A stretch of 32,000 nucleotides of DNA from Candidatus Saccharimonadota bacterium (lineage in GTDB: Bacteria; Patescibacteriota; Gracilibacteria; BD1-5; UBA2023): positions 390,001 through 422,000 of the forward strand of contig BAAFHK010000001.1 of the NCBI GenBank assembly GCA_042852035.1. Direction: 5' to 3'. The translations under genes were made by a program, and so were the position numbers. The notes under the pieces were generated by a model. The model was not told the DNA's origin. It worked only from the letters and a program-made list of their open reading frames with translations, and did no database searches. Positions 1 to 10,453 of the stretch are shown here, in pieces. Positions within the stretch are counted from its first letter, which is position 1, and each line of letters opens with the position of its first letter.

Positions 1-864
1 CGTATATCACATGATGAGGATTTTGTAAAAGAACTTAAAGATATTGGAAAGGGGTTTGAGGTCTATCTGCAATTCGATTCACTCAATCCAGAGGCCCTAA
101 ATAGTATACGAAATGCTGATATGACGAAAGTTCGACAGAAGGCACTTGAAATGCTTGAAAAATATCATATCTCAACGACATTGGTTTGCGTGATTGAAAA
201 GGGGGTCAATGATGAGGAAATTCCAAAACTTATAGAACATGCAAAGTCATGGAAGTGTGTACGGGGGATAGTTTTTCAGCCGATACAAAATGTTTGAAGA
301 AATGCCATTGAAGATCATGACTACCGAATCACGCTCTCGGAAATCCGTAATATTATAGTGAAAGATGAATCAAATCCATTTGCTGAGGATGATATGATTC
401 CTCTCCCATGTGATCCGCATAAAATTTGTGTCGGATACGCGATCAAGAATGGAAAAGATATCCTTCCGGTAACTGGAAAAATTCCAAGAGAAATGATTAC
501 TGAACAGAAGGGGACAATTGCTTTTGAACAGGACAAAGAGTTTATCAAAACAGTAGTTCATGCTGTAACACTAGATACGGCTCTCGGTGAAAATATTATC
601 AATAAAGAAAGCGTAAAACGTAAGCTTTTCTGTTGTTGGCCAGAATTTATTGCCCCAGAAGATATGACCTACGAGAGAGTATTTCGTATCGTTATCATGG
701 AGTTCACCGATATTTATAATTTCGACAGCACCAATATTAAGCGAGAATGTAACTTTATGATCGAGCCCGGTAAGGTAATACCATTTTCTACTTACAATAT
801 GGGACTTTCTCGTAGTTCAGAAAAGCCAAATCTAAGAGAAAAACTCGAAGCATGGAAAAAATAG
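1..864 (+). CDS. Radical SAM domain protein, C-terminal part. The 5' end lies outside the window.
   Basis: Frame 1 is open from base 1 and passes one TGA (295-297) inside ...IVFQPIQNV-G-RNAIED... The FQP..GR and PLPCDP segments resemble the C-terminal halves of radical SAM enzymes. It ends at TAA 862-864. The family call is from memory of motifs only. Confidence 0.55.
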
Positions 865-885
865 GCTCATTTTTTTAGTATTCAT

Positions 886-1413
886 ATGTTTCACTCGACC
901 ATCAAGCGAACAAAGCGTCGCACTCTTGCACTTCAGATAGATCATGAAGGAAATCTTATTATCCGTGCTCCGAACCGTATGCCCATGAGTCTTATCGAGG
1001 AATTTATAGCACAAAAAATAGACTGGATAAAAAAACATCAAAAGAGGATACAAGAAAAAAATAGTCTGCAACCACAAAAAACTTACAATAAAAATGAGTT
1101 CTTAACCGCTAAAAAAGAATTACAAGACTATCTTCTTCTAAGAGTACGAATGCTCTGGGAAAACACTAAACTTCCCCCCTATACTTCACTCAAAGTAACT
1201 CATTCGAATAAAAGATGGTGAAGTTGTAGCGGGAAGAATGGACTTTGTTTTTCTTATAGGCTTCACCAGTATATCGATGAAGATCCGAAGATTATCGATG
1301 CAATCATATACCATGAGCTTGCTCATCTAAAAGAGAAAAATCATGGAAAAAAATTTTGGGATATTGTTTTTTTCCTCGAGCCCAACTATAGAGATATCAT
1401 GAAAAGACTTTAA
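886..1413 (+). CDS. DUF45 / YgjP-like (M48 / WLM-type) metal-dependent hydrolase
   Basis: ATG at 886. TGA 1219-1221 falls in the family-typical KRW-G-SCS motif. The HExxH motif (YHELAHLKE) lies downstream. Stop is TAA 1411-1413. Length 175 aa. Confidence 0.75.
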
Positions 1414-1419
1414 TTTTTA

Positions 1420-2442
1420 TTAGACAATATTTCCTATTTCTTCAGAAACTTTATTATCCGAATACCCATCAACAATATATGTTTTAATCGGTTTCTGCCT
1501 TCCTTTTATAGACTCTTCGGAAAGGAAGTGAATCCCAAAACTATCAAGTTTTTCGATCCCATTGTAGGTTGTTTCACTGATAATAATGCGAGCATTATAG
1601 GTTCGAGTAAGTTTTTCAAGTGCAGCAGTGATATTCACGGCTTGTCATATCACCGTAGCCTCCATGCGATCTTCAGTACCAACAGTTCAGAGAGTTACTC
1701 TTCATCGATTGATTCCGATGCCGACATGAATTTCCTTTCAGAGAGTATTTTGTTGAAATGTTTTTATATATTCTTGTATTTCAATAGCAGCAGAGAGAGA
1801 TGCATCGGTATTTTTTCCATCAAATATAGCAAGTATCCCATCACCGAGATATTTATCGATGTACCCCCCATACTTTGTTATACACTCACCGATACCATCG
1901 AAATAGATATTGAGAAGCAAGAGGGTTCTATAAGGATCATGGATCTCTTCGCACATAGTAGAGAATCACTTTATATCAAGAAACATTATAGTGTATTCTT
2001 TTGTTACAGCCCTTCCAAGTACAATTTTTTCATATCCCTGAAATCCGATTTCATCGTGTATTTTTCTTGGAATAAATTTTTCATAAACATTCTTTAGATC
2101 ATTGTAATCTTTTGTCATGAGATTTTGCTCGACGTACGCACGCTTCATAAGCGAGAGAAATCGTGCATTCTCATCGAATTCTTCTATAGCTCAGGCAAAA
2201 TTCATTCGTATATTTTTGTGCCGCATAAAATAGGTGAAACTTCAGAGAATTTTCTCATACTCTCACCAATATCGAGCATTCATAAAAATAAAGTACCAGC
2301 ACATTACAAAATCGAGTGAGATAATGCAGTAGAGGTACCATTTTTCTGTATGAAAAAATACCGTATAGCATATTGCAATAGCATTTAATATCGTGAAAGT
2401 TAGCACGATAAATCTATTAATATCAGAAATTTTATATCGCAT
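1420..2442 (-). CDS. Membrane-anchored class III adenylate/guanylate cyclase (two N-terminal TM helices plus a cyclase homology domain)
   Basis: Three track ORFs (tops at 1638, 1956 and 2148), one sub-60-aa segment between the first two, and an upstream extension to ATG 2442 share one frame and are joined by TGA codons. Motifs are FLDIK-G-FSTM, YLGDGILAIF and GIGINR-G-RVTL-G-TVGTEDRMEATVI-G-QAVNITAALEKLTR. The N-terminus is hydrophobic (FIVLTFTILNAIAICYTVFF, WYLYCIISLDFVMCWYFIF). Confidence 0.8.
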
Positions 2443-2521
2443 AGTTCTATGCTAGCATAAATTTCTATCAAAATCAAAAATAGTCTTTACTATTTCGAGA
2501 AAAATACGAATAATTTTTCTC

Positions 2522-3910
2522 CTAAAAAATATAGTGAACCTTTGATCAGATTTTGATATTTCCGGTGATATTTTTCGTGCTTACCTCATCATATTCATCA
2601 ACCTCTGGTGCGTGAAGTTCTGGACGGATGATTACAGAATCTTTTCCTCCTTCCATAATATACCCTACCTGCATCTTTCATTTTCTTTGTTCTCGCTTCT
2701 TTGCATAGATTTCTTCAAGTATTGGAGTAAGGGCTTTTATTCGATTTTTAGCGCTTTCATCATCCACTTTATGATCGAGTTTTGAACTTGTAGCAAGTAC
2801 CTCATCGTGGTATTGAAAAATTCCCACCGATTCAAATTCATTTTGCTTTACGAATTCTATGAGAGAATTAAAATCACTCTCCGTTTCTCAAGGAAATCCG
2901 ATGATAAATGCAGTACGTATAAATGCATTTTCGAAGGTTTCTCGAATCTTTAAGAGGAAGGCATCTATATGTTTTCGGTCGTAGTGTCGCCCCATTCTTT
3001 TGAGCACTGATTCACTCGCGTGTTGAAATGGAATATCAAAATAGGGAAGGAAATGTTTTAGTTTTCCAAGCTCGTCAATGTGGGTAAGAGTAAGAATGTC
3101 AGGATAAAGATAATAGACGCGAAATTTCGCATCAATATTACTTTTTTCTATGGTTTCATCGATTGCCCGAAGAAGCTCAAGGAGTTTTGGTTCTCCGTAA
3201 AGGTCAGTTCAATATCTTGTAGTATCCTGGGAAAGAATTTGAATTTCTTTAATTCCTGAATTAAGCATCGTTTTTACTTCTTCAACTATCGATTCAATCG
3301 GGCGTGATTGCTGACGTCCCCGAATCGTTGGAATAATGCAGAAGGTGCAATTATTATCACATCACTCAGCTACTTTTAAATATTCATGACCAAAAGGGGC
3401 ATGAATATAGGCACGTACTTCATCTCATTTCCAAACAAATGCTTTTGCATTTTTTCCAGGTGCTTCAATCGAAGCGAGATAGTTCGAAAGGGTCTTTTCT
3501 CGGCTTTCCTTATGTGCCTGTTTTGCTCGTACTATTGCCCCGAGATTGAGTTTACTTTTTTTCCCGAGAAGAAGCTCTTCGATAACAGAATAGCTCATAA
3601 ATGGAACGATAGAGTGAAGATTTTTTAGGGATGCAAGAAAAGCATCATCCTTCACACTTACGTAACACCCCATAAGGATAAGTTTTTTTCCAAGGCTATC
3701 ATAGTAGGCTAAAGTTTCTTCGCTTTCTTCTCGAGCCGATGAAAGAAACCCACAAGTATTAACGATAACATATTCTGTTTCTGGGTCTTCAGGATTTTCA
3801 CGGTATTCGATAGGGGTTCTCTCTGAATATTTGAGTATCTCTCAGATAGCGAATTCGAGATCAACCATATTTTTCGAGCATCCGAGATTAATCGCAGAAA
3901 ATGAAAACAT
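2522..3910 (-). CDS. rimO: Ribosomal protein S12 methylthiotransferase RimO (radical SAM MTTase)
   Basis: N-terminus is MFSFSAINLGCSKNMVDLEFAI-G-EIL, followed by NTCGFLSSAREES. The radical SAM cluster motif is E-G-CDNNCTFC. The C-terminus is TRAM-like (GYIMEGGKDSVIIRPELHAPEVDEYDEV). Length 462 aa, stop TAG 2522-2524. Confidence 0.8.
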
Positions 3911-3931
3911 AGTAAAAAATTAGTTTCGCGG

Positions 3932-3959
3932 AGTATAGAAGAATATTTACAAAATGCAA
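3932..3959 (-). promoter_or_regulatory. Sigma70-like promoter upstream of rimO
   Basis: On the minus strand: TTGCAT (3959-3954), a 16-nt spacer, then TATACT (3937-3932). It lies about 20 nt upstream of the rimO ATG at 3910. Confidence 0.5.
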
Positions 3960-4015
3960 CAAATTGACGAAATTCATTTTTATCTTTAATAACATGAATT
4001 CTATCAAATTCTCAT

Positions 4016-5290
4016 CTAGAATTGAGAATAAAATCTCTCTTTCTTTTCCATCCATTCCCTAGATTGTCGACAGAGATTTTTTTCATCTTCTCGATCTTGA
4101 AGGAATTCCTTAACTCCTTCTTCGAGAAATATGGTATTTTGACTTCATTTTACATAAATGAGAGTTGGCTTTTCTTTTTTCTTCAGAATTGCAGCAATTT
4201 TTTTTCCAGCTTTACGACTCGAAAGAAATCAAAAAATCGGAAATTCATTTTTTAATATTGGGATCACAAATTCATTCATCTCTTTTCCTACTACAAAAAA
4301 CTCTATATCTTTATTCTTTGGAAAAATGCTCTCAATAATTTTTGCAAGCTCTGTATGCATTCTCTCTGTATGAGCTCAGAGCTCTCTCATGTCACCAAGA
4401 AAGCAAATTATTCTGTGTGATTCAGTAAAGGGAGTGAGTGATTCGAGTCATTTTACGATACTTTCAAACCCGCCATTATAACTCCCATCAATTATTGTTG
4501 AATTAAATTGCCCACGAAGAATACTTGATCTTCCAGGTTCAGGAGAAAATAAGGCACTTTTTTCTTTAATAAGGCTTGTATCAATATGAAGATGGGAACC
4601 AATTGCAAAAAGAGGAAGTATATTTTCTGCCTGATAGTCTCAAAATACCGGGAGTGAGAGAGAAATCTTGCTTCCCTCTATCATAACATCGATATGGAGC
4701 GCATCGAGTGCCTGCTTGGTTGCATGAACATGCCAAGCGGATCAGATTTTCTTCCCATAATAAAATACCTTTTCTCATTCTATAAATTCAGCCTGAGAGT
4801 CATGAATAATAGAGATTTCTTTCGCATGCTTTGGTAAAAGGAGTTTTGCATCACGGTATTTTTCAAGACTTCAGAATTGTTCGAGATGATTCGGGGCTAC
4901 TGGGGTCAGTATCGCAATGTGTGGTTTTGCTATAGAGAGAAGATATTGCATTTCTCCTGGATGATCAATCCCATATTCGAGAACAAGGTACCGAGGATAA
5001 GGACGAAAGAGCTTAAGGATAGCTTGAAAAAAGACTCAAAGCCACTTAATTGGGTTCTTTCCCCCTGTCTTGGATCCTATAATAGTAAGGGGAAGTCCGT
5101 ATTCTCCGTTATAGTGATATCTTGAGGCTCCAACATTCTTTTCTCCATATACTTCCCGAAGAAATCTTGTTATATAGGTCGTTTGGGTTGTTTTTCCTAC
5201 TGTGCCAGTAACTCAGATTATATATGGTCGATGTCTTTCTATAATAAGTTTTGAGAAGAACTTAAGAAGAGTGAGAAGAAGTGTTTGCAT
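4016..5290 (-). CDS. murF: Mur ligase, most likely UDP-MurNAc-tripeptide--D-Ala-D-Ala ligase (MurF) with a short N-terminal region
   Basis: Motifs are the P-loop II-G-VTGTVGKTT, LEYGIDHPGEM, PVAPNHLEQF-G-SLEKYRDAK and IIDGSYNGG. It lies immediately downstream of ddl on the same strand. Length 424 aa, stop TAG 4016-4018. I hand-checked the frame and found no TAA or TAG. Confidence 0.7.
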
Positions 5291-5300
5291 GGAAATACTA

Positions 5301-5328
5301 TAAAAAAATGCTTGCAAAAAGCAAGCAT
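5301..5328 (-). terminator. Rho-independent terminator after ddl
   Basis: Perfect 8-bp stem atgcttgc (5308-5315) / gcaagcat (5321-5328) with a 5-nt loop. On the minus strand a T-run follows (A-run 5302-5308 on the plus strand). Confidence 0.6.
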
Positions 5329-5347
5329 TCAAGGCGTTCCAGTTCTC

Positions 5348-6337
5348 CTAAAAAGCAAGAAGCATCTCCATAAAATCACTCTCTGTTTTTCCAGCTTTTT
5401 TCCACATTTTTGGAACAAGGGATGCAGTACTAAAGCCAGGGATTGTATTTACTTCAAGAAAGTATATATCCTTCCCATCATAACGCCAGTCCATGCGAAC
5501 AATTCATCGACAGCCAATAAATTCATAAATCTGAGCACTTTGTCTTTCGAGAGCATTTTTAAGTACTCATTCGATATCACTAAATACTTCATTTGATCCA
5601 TCGGTTTCATATTTTTCTTCATAGTCAAAAAAGTCACCCTTTTGTGTAATAATCTCTATGATGGGAAGAATATGGATTCAGAGGGAATCCTTGTAGGCCC
5701 CTACGGTGAACTCTCTTCATTCGATACATTCTTGCACCATCGGGACATCAGAGAGGGAGGGGAATTGTCGTACAAAGTGTGGAGTTGATTTTCAGAGAAG
5801 CAAAATCCTTTCTTGAGTAAGTGATTCAATCACTTCATTTACCGAATTTATTCCATTATGAAACTCTTCAAGTGTTCGAGCTTTTGAAGTAGCAAGGGAG
5901 CTTCATCACTGATTTGGCTTTATGATGAGAGCCTTTTCGAGTGAATCATCTCATTCAGAGGGGAGTAATTTTTGTGGATGTGGAAGTCAGGGTATCCAGC
6001 TTTTTGGGATTTTTACTCCGATTTTTTCCACCACACAATTGGTCCGGAATTTATCGATACAAAGAGCATGCACAGAAGATGAGCATCATGCAACCTTTAT
6101 TCCGAGAGTCTCACACATTCCAGTAATAATACCATCTTCACCATACCGACCATGAAATACTGGAATTACAAGTTCATAATTTTTATAGGCCTGAAGAAAT
6201 GCATCCACCTCTTCAGGGAGATCATAGGTTTGAACTTGGTGTCATGCTTTTTCTATCCATTGAGACATGTTTGCTGCACTTCTGAGTGCAACAGCCCGTT
6301 CAGTAGATATCCCTCCAGTAAGTATTGCGATATTCAT
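5348..6337 (-). CDS. ddl: D-alanine--D-alanine ligase
   Basis: Motifs are MNIAILTGGISTERAVALRSA, FHGRYGEDG, IIKPNQ-GG-SSLA (two consecutive TGA codons), GCR-G-IVRMDW and LEVNTIPGFS. Length 329 aa, stop TAG 5348-5350. I hand-translated the whole frame. Confidence 0.9.
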
Positions 6338-6438
6338 ACGCTCACTATAGACAGAGTTTAGGAAAATGCAAAAAATGCAGAACAATTTAAGAAACCATTA
6401 ATTATTGAGCTTATGATTTCTTTGTAGTAATTTTTATT

Positions 6439-8886
6439 ATGAAAAAGATTATTGCTCTAATATTTCTCATTCTGTATTGATCTCAGGAAGTTTTTGCATC
6501 TCTGGAGATTATCTTACTTTTTCCAAACCCAACATGAGATGATGTTCTAGGTGAATATATCGAGATTCATAATATAAGTTGTATATGATTTGATATTTCA
6601 TCCTATTCACTTTCAGATGCGAGTGGAAAAACATATTTTATACCAACTGGGACTTTTATAGAATGACATACCACAAGAAGATATTCATACAATGAAACAA
6701 AAATCTCACTTAATAATAATTGAATTGAAACGGTCTATTTAAAAAATTTCAGTTGAGAAATTATTGATTTGTATACTTATTCTTGAACACAAAAAGATGA
6801 TATAGTACTAGAAATTCCCTATCAAGATGAAGCGTGCGAAGCTTGAAACACTTGAACCGGGGTAATAACGGGTACGGGTATAATTTCTTCTTCGGGATCA
6901 ATAGAAAATCTCACATGAAGCGAATCAGAATCGAATAACTTTTTTTCTTGAAGTGAAACTATTTGAACTTTTACTGGAGAGATTACTGTCTTTAGCTGAA
7001 ATACAAATCAAAGTGGTGTTATTCAAATATCAACTGGAGAGTATATGGAGAATCAAAATATACTTACAAACAGTTGAATCGATGAAATAATCATATTTTC
7101 ATGAGTTAATCTGCATTTCACATGATCTATTTCCGCTGAGTGGCTCTACTACGATGATGAAGATTCTAATGGATTTATAGATAGGCTCTATATAACTTAT
7201 GAAGAAACTCTTACCGGAGCATTCAATACTTGATCCATAGCTCTTTCATCGTCCTCGGGGGGAATTTCTCAAGAAAAAATAGATACCGAAACTGGATACT
7301 TATTGTGATGATTTCTTTCGTGAAATACGCTCATATTAAAACTCAAAGAATGAAATATTCCTAAAAAAAATTTAAAAATAAATAATACTACCACGAGCGA
7401 GCTTCGATTGAAGTCGCTCTTAGATCTCTGATTTTATTCAATAAATGGACATTCGATATCTCCTTTGTACCTTACGAGTTCATTTATGAGCTACAAAAAT
7501 ACAGGTCCTAAGAAAACCTGAGAAGAACAAATTCAGATAGAAACTTGAGGCACAAATACCTCAGTAGTGACTGAGTGATCACTCTCATGATCGGATGGAA
7601 GTAATTTGACTGTATTTCCGAAAATTTTTCCAACTATTCAGTCTCCCACAAATGCAGTATATCAGTCATGAATTTTTCTTTGTACTGAGATTGATTGTCG
7701 AATTAATATAACTTTTGTTCCTATTTTTTCAGGCAGCCTGAAGGTTGGGGAGTATGATTGTTATTTTGGCACAGGAGAAAATCTACTTATTCAAGATGAT
7801 GACTGTAATCCAAATACCTATAGTTTTCATGAAAGTGGGAGTATTTTGTTCGAGCTTCTTCATATTAAAAGTCAAAGTAAAATTCAGGAGAGGTTTACTA
7901 TTGATTTCGATAAGCAATTGCTCATCGATTCCAAATCGAATGCGGCTATTCTCACTCAAGATACCGGAAAGCCTATTGCTATAATTGAGATTGATGGGAA
8001 GTGGAAAGAGTATTACGAGCAAATTGGAGATCATGAATTAAATTGCTATACATTCACATGTGGGATTAATTTTACTGCAGAAAAATCCTATGACCCCGAA
8101 TGAAATCCAATCAGATTCCTCTGGATATATGGACGAAATGACATAAAGACCTCAAAAGATCCTTGAGCACATAAATATGGAATCTGAGATCATCGCATTA
8201 TATTGCGAGTAATAGATGAATCAGAAAATTATGATGAGATTCTTTATATAATTCACGTACTCTGACCGAGACAAAATACGATACCAGAGAATGCTATTAA
8301 AGCGAGTATAAAAAAATCACAGAAGAAAATCTCAGCGCAGAAGTCAAAAGCCAAGAAAAAATATAAAAAAATCCATATGGAATTCTTTTCTTTACCAACA
8401 TTGTTTCTCCAAGGAAAAACAGGAAAGAGAATAAGTGAAGCTAATTTTCAATGTAGCACTAAAACAACAAAGACTTGTTCTCTAAACTTTTCCCTCTCTG
8501 GAACTCTTTCGAGCATGGAATATCGTTGGTATATAGATGGAAAAGAAGTTTATAAGGGAAAAAATCCAAAAGTCTGGAAATTCAGCCCCGGAAATCACAG
8601 TCTTACCATCGAAACCTATAGAAAATGATCTCTTATTGCGAGCTCAAAACAGATATTTGATATTAAAGTTATTGCAACAGCAAAAAAAGTGAAGAAAAGT
8701 GCGAAAAAAGCAAAGGCCAAAAAAACCAAGGATGTGAAGATAAAAATTATACCAACAACTCATGCATCAAACGATGATTCTATAGAGTGACAAAATTCAT
8801 CTATCCTTGCTCTTTTTATATTGCTTTCATGACTTTGATTCTGATTTCTTCTAAGGGGAAGAAAAAGAAAGAATCATTCTAGTTAA
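6439..8886 (+). CDS. Large secreted surface protein: signal peptide, lamin-tail domain (LTD), Gly/Ser/Thr-rich region, two PKD/Ig-like modules flanked by Lys-rich linkers, and a C-terminal hydrophobic anchor with a basic tail
   Basis: I translated it codon by codon from ATG 6439 to TAA 8884-8886 (815 aa). There is no TAA or TAG, and about 36 TGA codons by my count. The signal peptide is MKKIIALIFLILY-G-SQEVFA. The LTD-like stretch is LEIILLFPNPT-G-DDVLGEYIEIHN...SLSDASGKTY...VYLKNFS-G-EIIDLYTYS. The PKD-like stretch is SYDPE-G-NPIRFLWIYG...G-DHRIILRVIDESENYDE. The C-terminus is SSILALFILLS-G-L-G-F-G-FLLRGRKRK. Confidence 0.8.
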
Positions 8887-9002
8887 AATGGTTTTCTCTT
8901 TGCTCCCTTTTCCTATTGAATACATTTTTCGAACTTTCTTAACGTCAAACGGATTTTTCTTATTTCCCTTGATTTCTTTCATGGAAGATTATAATAACTT
9001 TG

Positions 9003-9211
9003 TATTCTCTCTTTTCTCGTGCATCTGGTCGGTATTTTTCTCTACAAATTATACCGCTTCCTAGGGCGGATGCCATAGTCTCCTATGGAGTCCGATCCGC
9101 TGTTATCATGGAGGGCAGAACCCGCTATGATCTCATTGCAACCAGGGATAAAATAAGATCTACAACGGTCGAGAGAGACTATAAAAAAGCACCGATATAC
9201 GGTGTTTTTTT
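9003..9211 (+). ncRNA. Candidate structured small RNA of unknown class
   Basis: It lies in a 323-nt gap with no credible ORF. TATAAT is at 8990-8995, with TTGATT 15 nt upstream. Nested perfect helices are 9030-35/9051-56, 9066-71/9095-9100 (enclosing 9073-78/9083-88) and 9105-11/9125-31 (enclosing GGG 9113-15 / CCC 9121-23). The segment ends in a strong terminator. The core 9056-9131 is about 55% G+C by hand count, against roughly one third for the window. Confidence 0.4.
9183..9211. terminator. Bidirectional rho-independent terminator
   Basis: The stem is aaaaaagcaccg / cggtgtttttt with the 5-nt loop atata. An A-run precedes it and a T-run follows, so it reads as a terminator on both strands. 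It lies between the plus-strand RNA candidate and the stop (TAA 9210-9212) of the minus-strand membrane protein gene. Confidence 0.65.
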
Positions 9212-10406
9212 ATTTTTGTTCGACTCACTTTTCTGGCTCTTCTTTTTCTTTTGAAGAATACGTAAACGTTTCACTATTTTTAATAGCAGCCTCTTGGATT
9301 GTTGTGTGCGTGCTTTTCACGAAGTGAAAGAATCATGTAATAAGGCCAATTCCTGGTGTATGTATATTTGTACTCTCTCTCGCATAAACAAGTATATGAA
9401 CTATAGGAAACAAAAGAAGAAGAAGATATGGGCTTGAGAATTCTTTTCTCCAGAAAAAGAAGAATGAAAATATCAAAGTAATAATGAGTCACTCGGTACT
9501 AATACGCCTATACGATTGAAATTTTTTGATAAATAGAGAGGGGATTGTAAAGAGATTCCAAAATGGAAGACCTATAAGACTAGCTGGCATAAAATATTTC
9601 TCTTCATGCGGAATAATTGATTCAGCTTCAGCAAGATAGCCTGAATAGTATTCTTTATAACTCCCTGATTTTTCCTTTCCAAGTGAAACACGAAAAAATT
9701 CAAAGATGCTTTTTACAGAAGCTTTTATATGAGCTTCGATTTCATTATACGTTAGAATTTTATCAACAATATTCCATGAAACAAATGATCCATAAAGAAA
9801 AATATAAATAGCTTCGACTACGAAAACTACTATTCCACTTATTAAAATCAAATTCGGAAGAAAGCCCACTTCAGATGAAATTAAGAATGAAATGAAATAA
9901 AGAAAGGCAAAAAGTGAACCGAGAACCCTTCATCGAATCATGATTGGAAGTTGATATTTTTTTGCTATCCATATTCCAAGGAGAGGAATCATGCTTGCAA
10001 GGATTCGAGATTTCTCTTCTTCACTTTCAATTTTGTATATTCAGGAAACTTCAATATTTCAGAGCTGATTTATATTTATGTTCGTTTTTTCTCATGGCAT
10101 ATTTCATAGATATGCATGGTAGGCTCAACGAGAAAGATAGAATAGAGTAATTCAAATAATACTAGCAAGTACGAGAGTTGCTACATTAATCCCAATTCAG
10201 GGTATTCCTATACTTATGTATTTTCGCACAAAAAAATAGAATACACATAATAGAATCATAATCCCAATAATTTTACTCGATTCTCGAGCATGAGATTGTA
10301 CATAGCTATCCCCGAGTGGGGTATCCTTTTTTGCAAAAAGAATAAATGGTCCAAGAAAAAAATAACTTATGATAGCGTTAATCCGAGATTGTTCGTTTGA
10401 ATACAT
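9210..10406 (-). CDS. Multi-pass integral membrane protein, function unknown
   Basis: Track ORFs 10197-10406 and 9489-9869 are in one frame. I hand-checked that they join through TGA codons and extend to TAA 9210-9212. Length 398 aa, with repeated hydrophobic stretches (IISYFFLGPFILFA, IIGIMILLCVFYFF, LILISGIVVFVVEAIYIFLY, LIITLIFSFFFFW, PYLLLLLFPIVHILVY). Confidence 0.6.
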
Positions 10407-10453
10407 AAGATGATTATAGTATATTCGTTGTTTCTAAGCAAATATTCTTGGCT

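Noticed and set aside
2448-2459. Perfect 12-nt palindrome TATGCTAGCATA, 6 nt upstream of the cyclase start codon
   Set aside because: It is a single occurrence and too short to tell apart from chance in AT-rich DNA. It cannot form a terminator because there is no loop. A possible operator role is pure speculation.
9060-9135. Resemblance of GGAGUCCG and CAGAACCCGCUAUGA to RNase P RNA CR-I and CR-V, and of CUAGGG / GUCCGA / GGGAUAAAA to the ykkC (guanidine-I) riboswitch
   Set aside because: The two segments cannot form a P4-like helix; only about 3 pairs are possible. They are only about 30 nt apart, so there is no room for a specificity domain. The ykkC-like words are in the wrong order, the GCCCGGGAGA element is missing, and there is no downstream gene to regulate. 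I treat these as chance similarity until a covariance-model search is run.
9000-9254. 84-aa plus-strand ORF covering the structured region. Under table 25 it would run on to about 9537.
   Set aside because: It starts at a non-ATG codon. It runs through a strong terminator hairpin and then antisense to a membrane protein gene. The region's paired helices and local G+C rise fit an RNA better than a protein.
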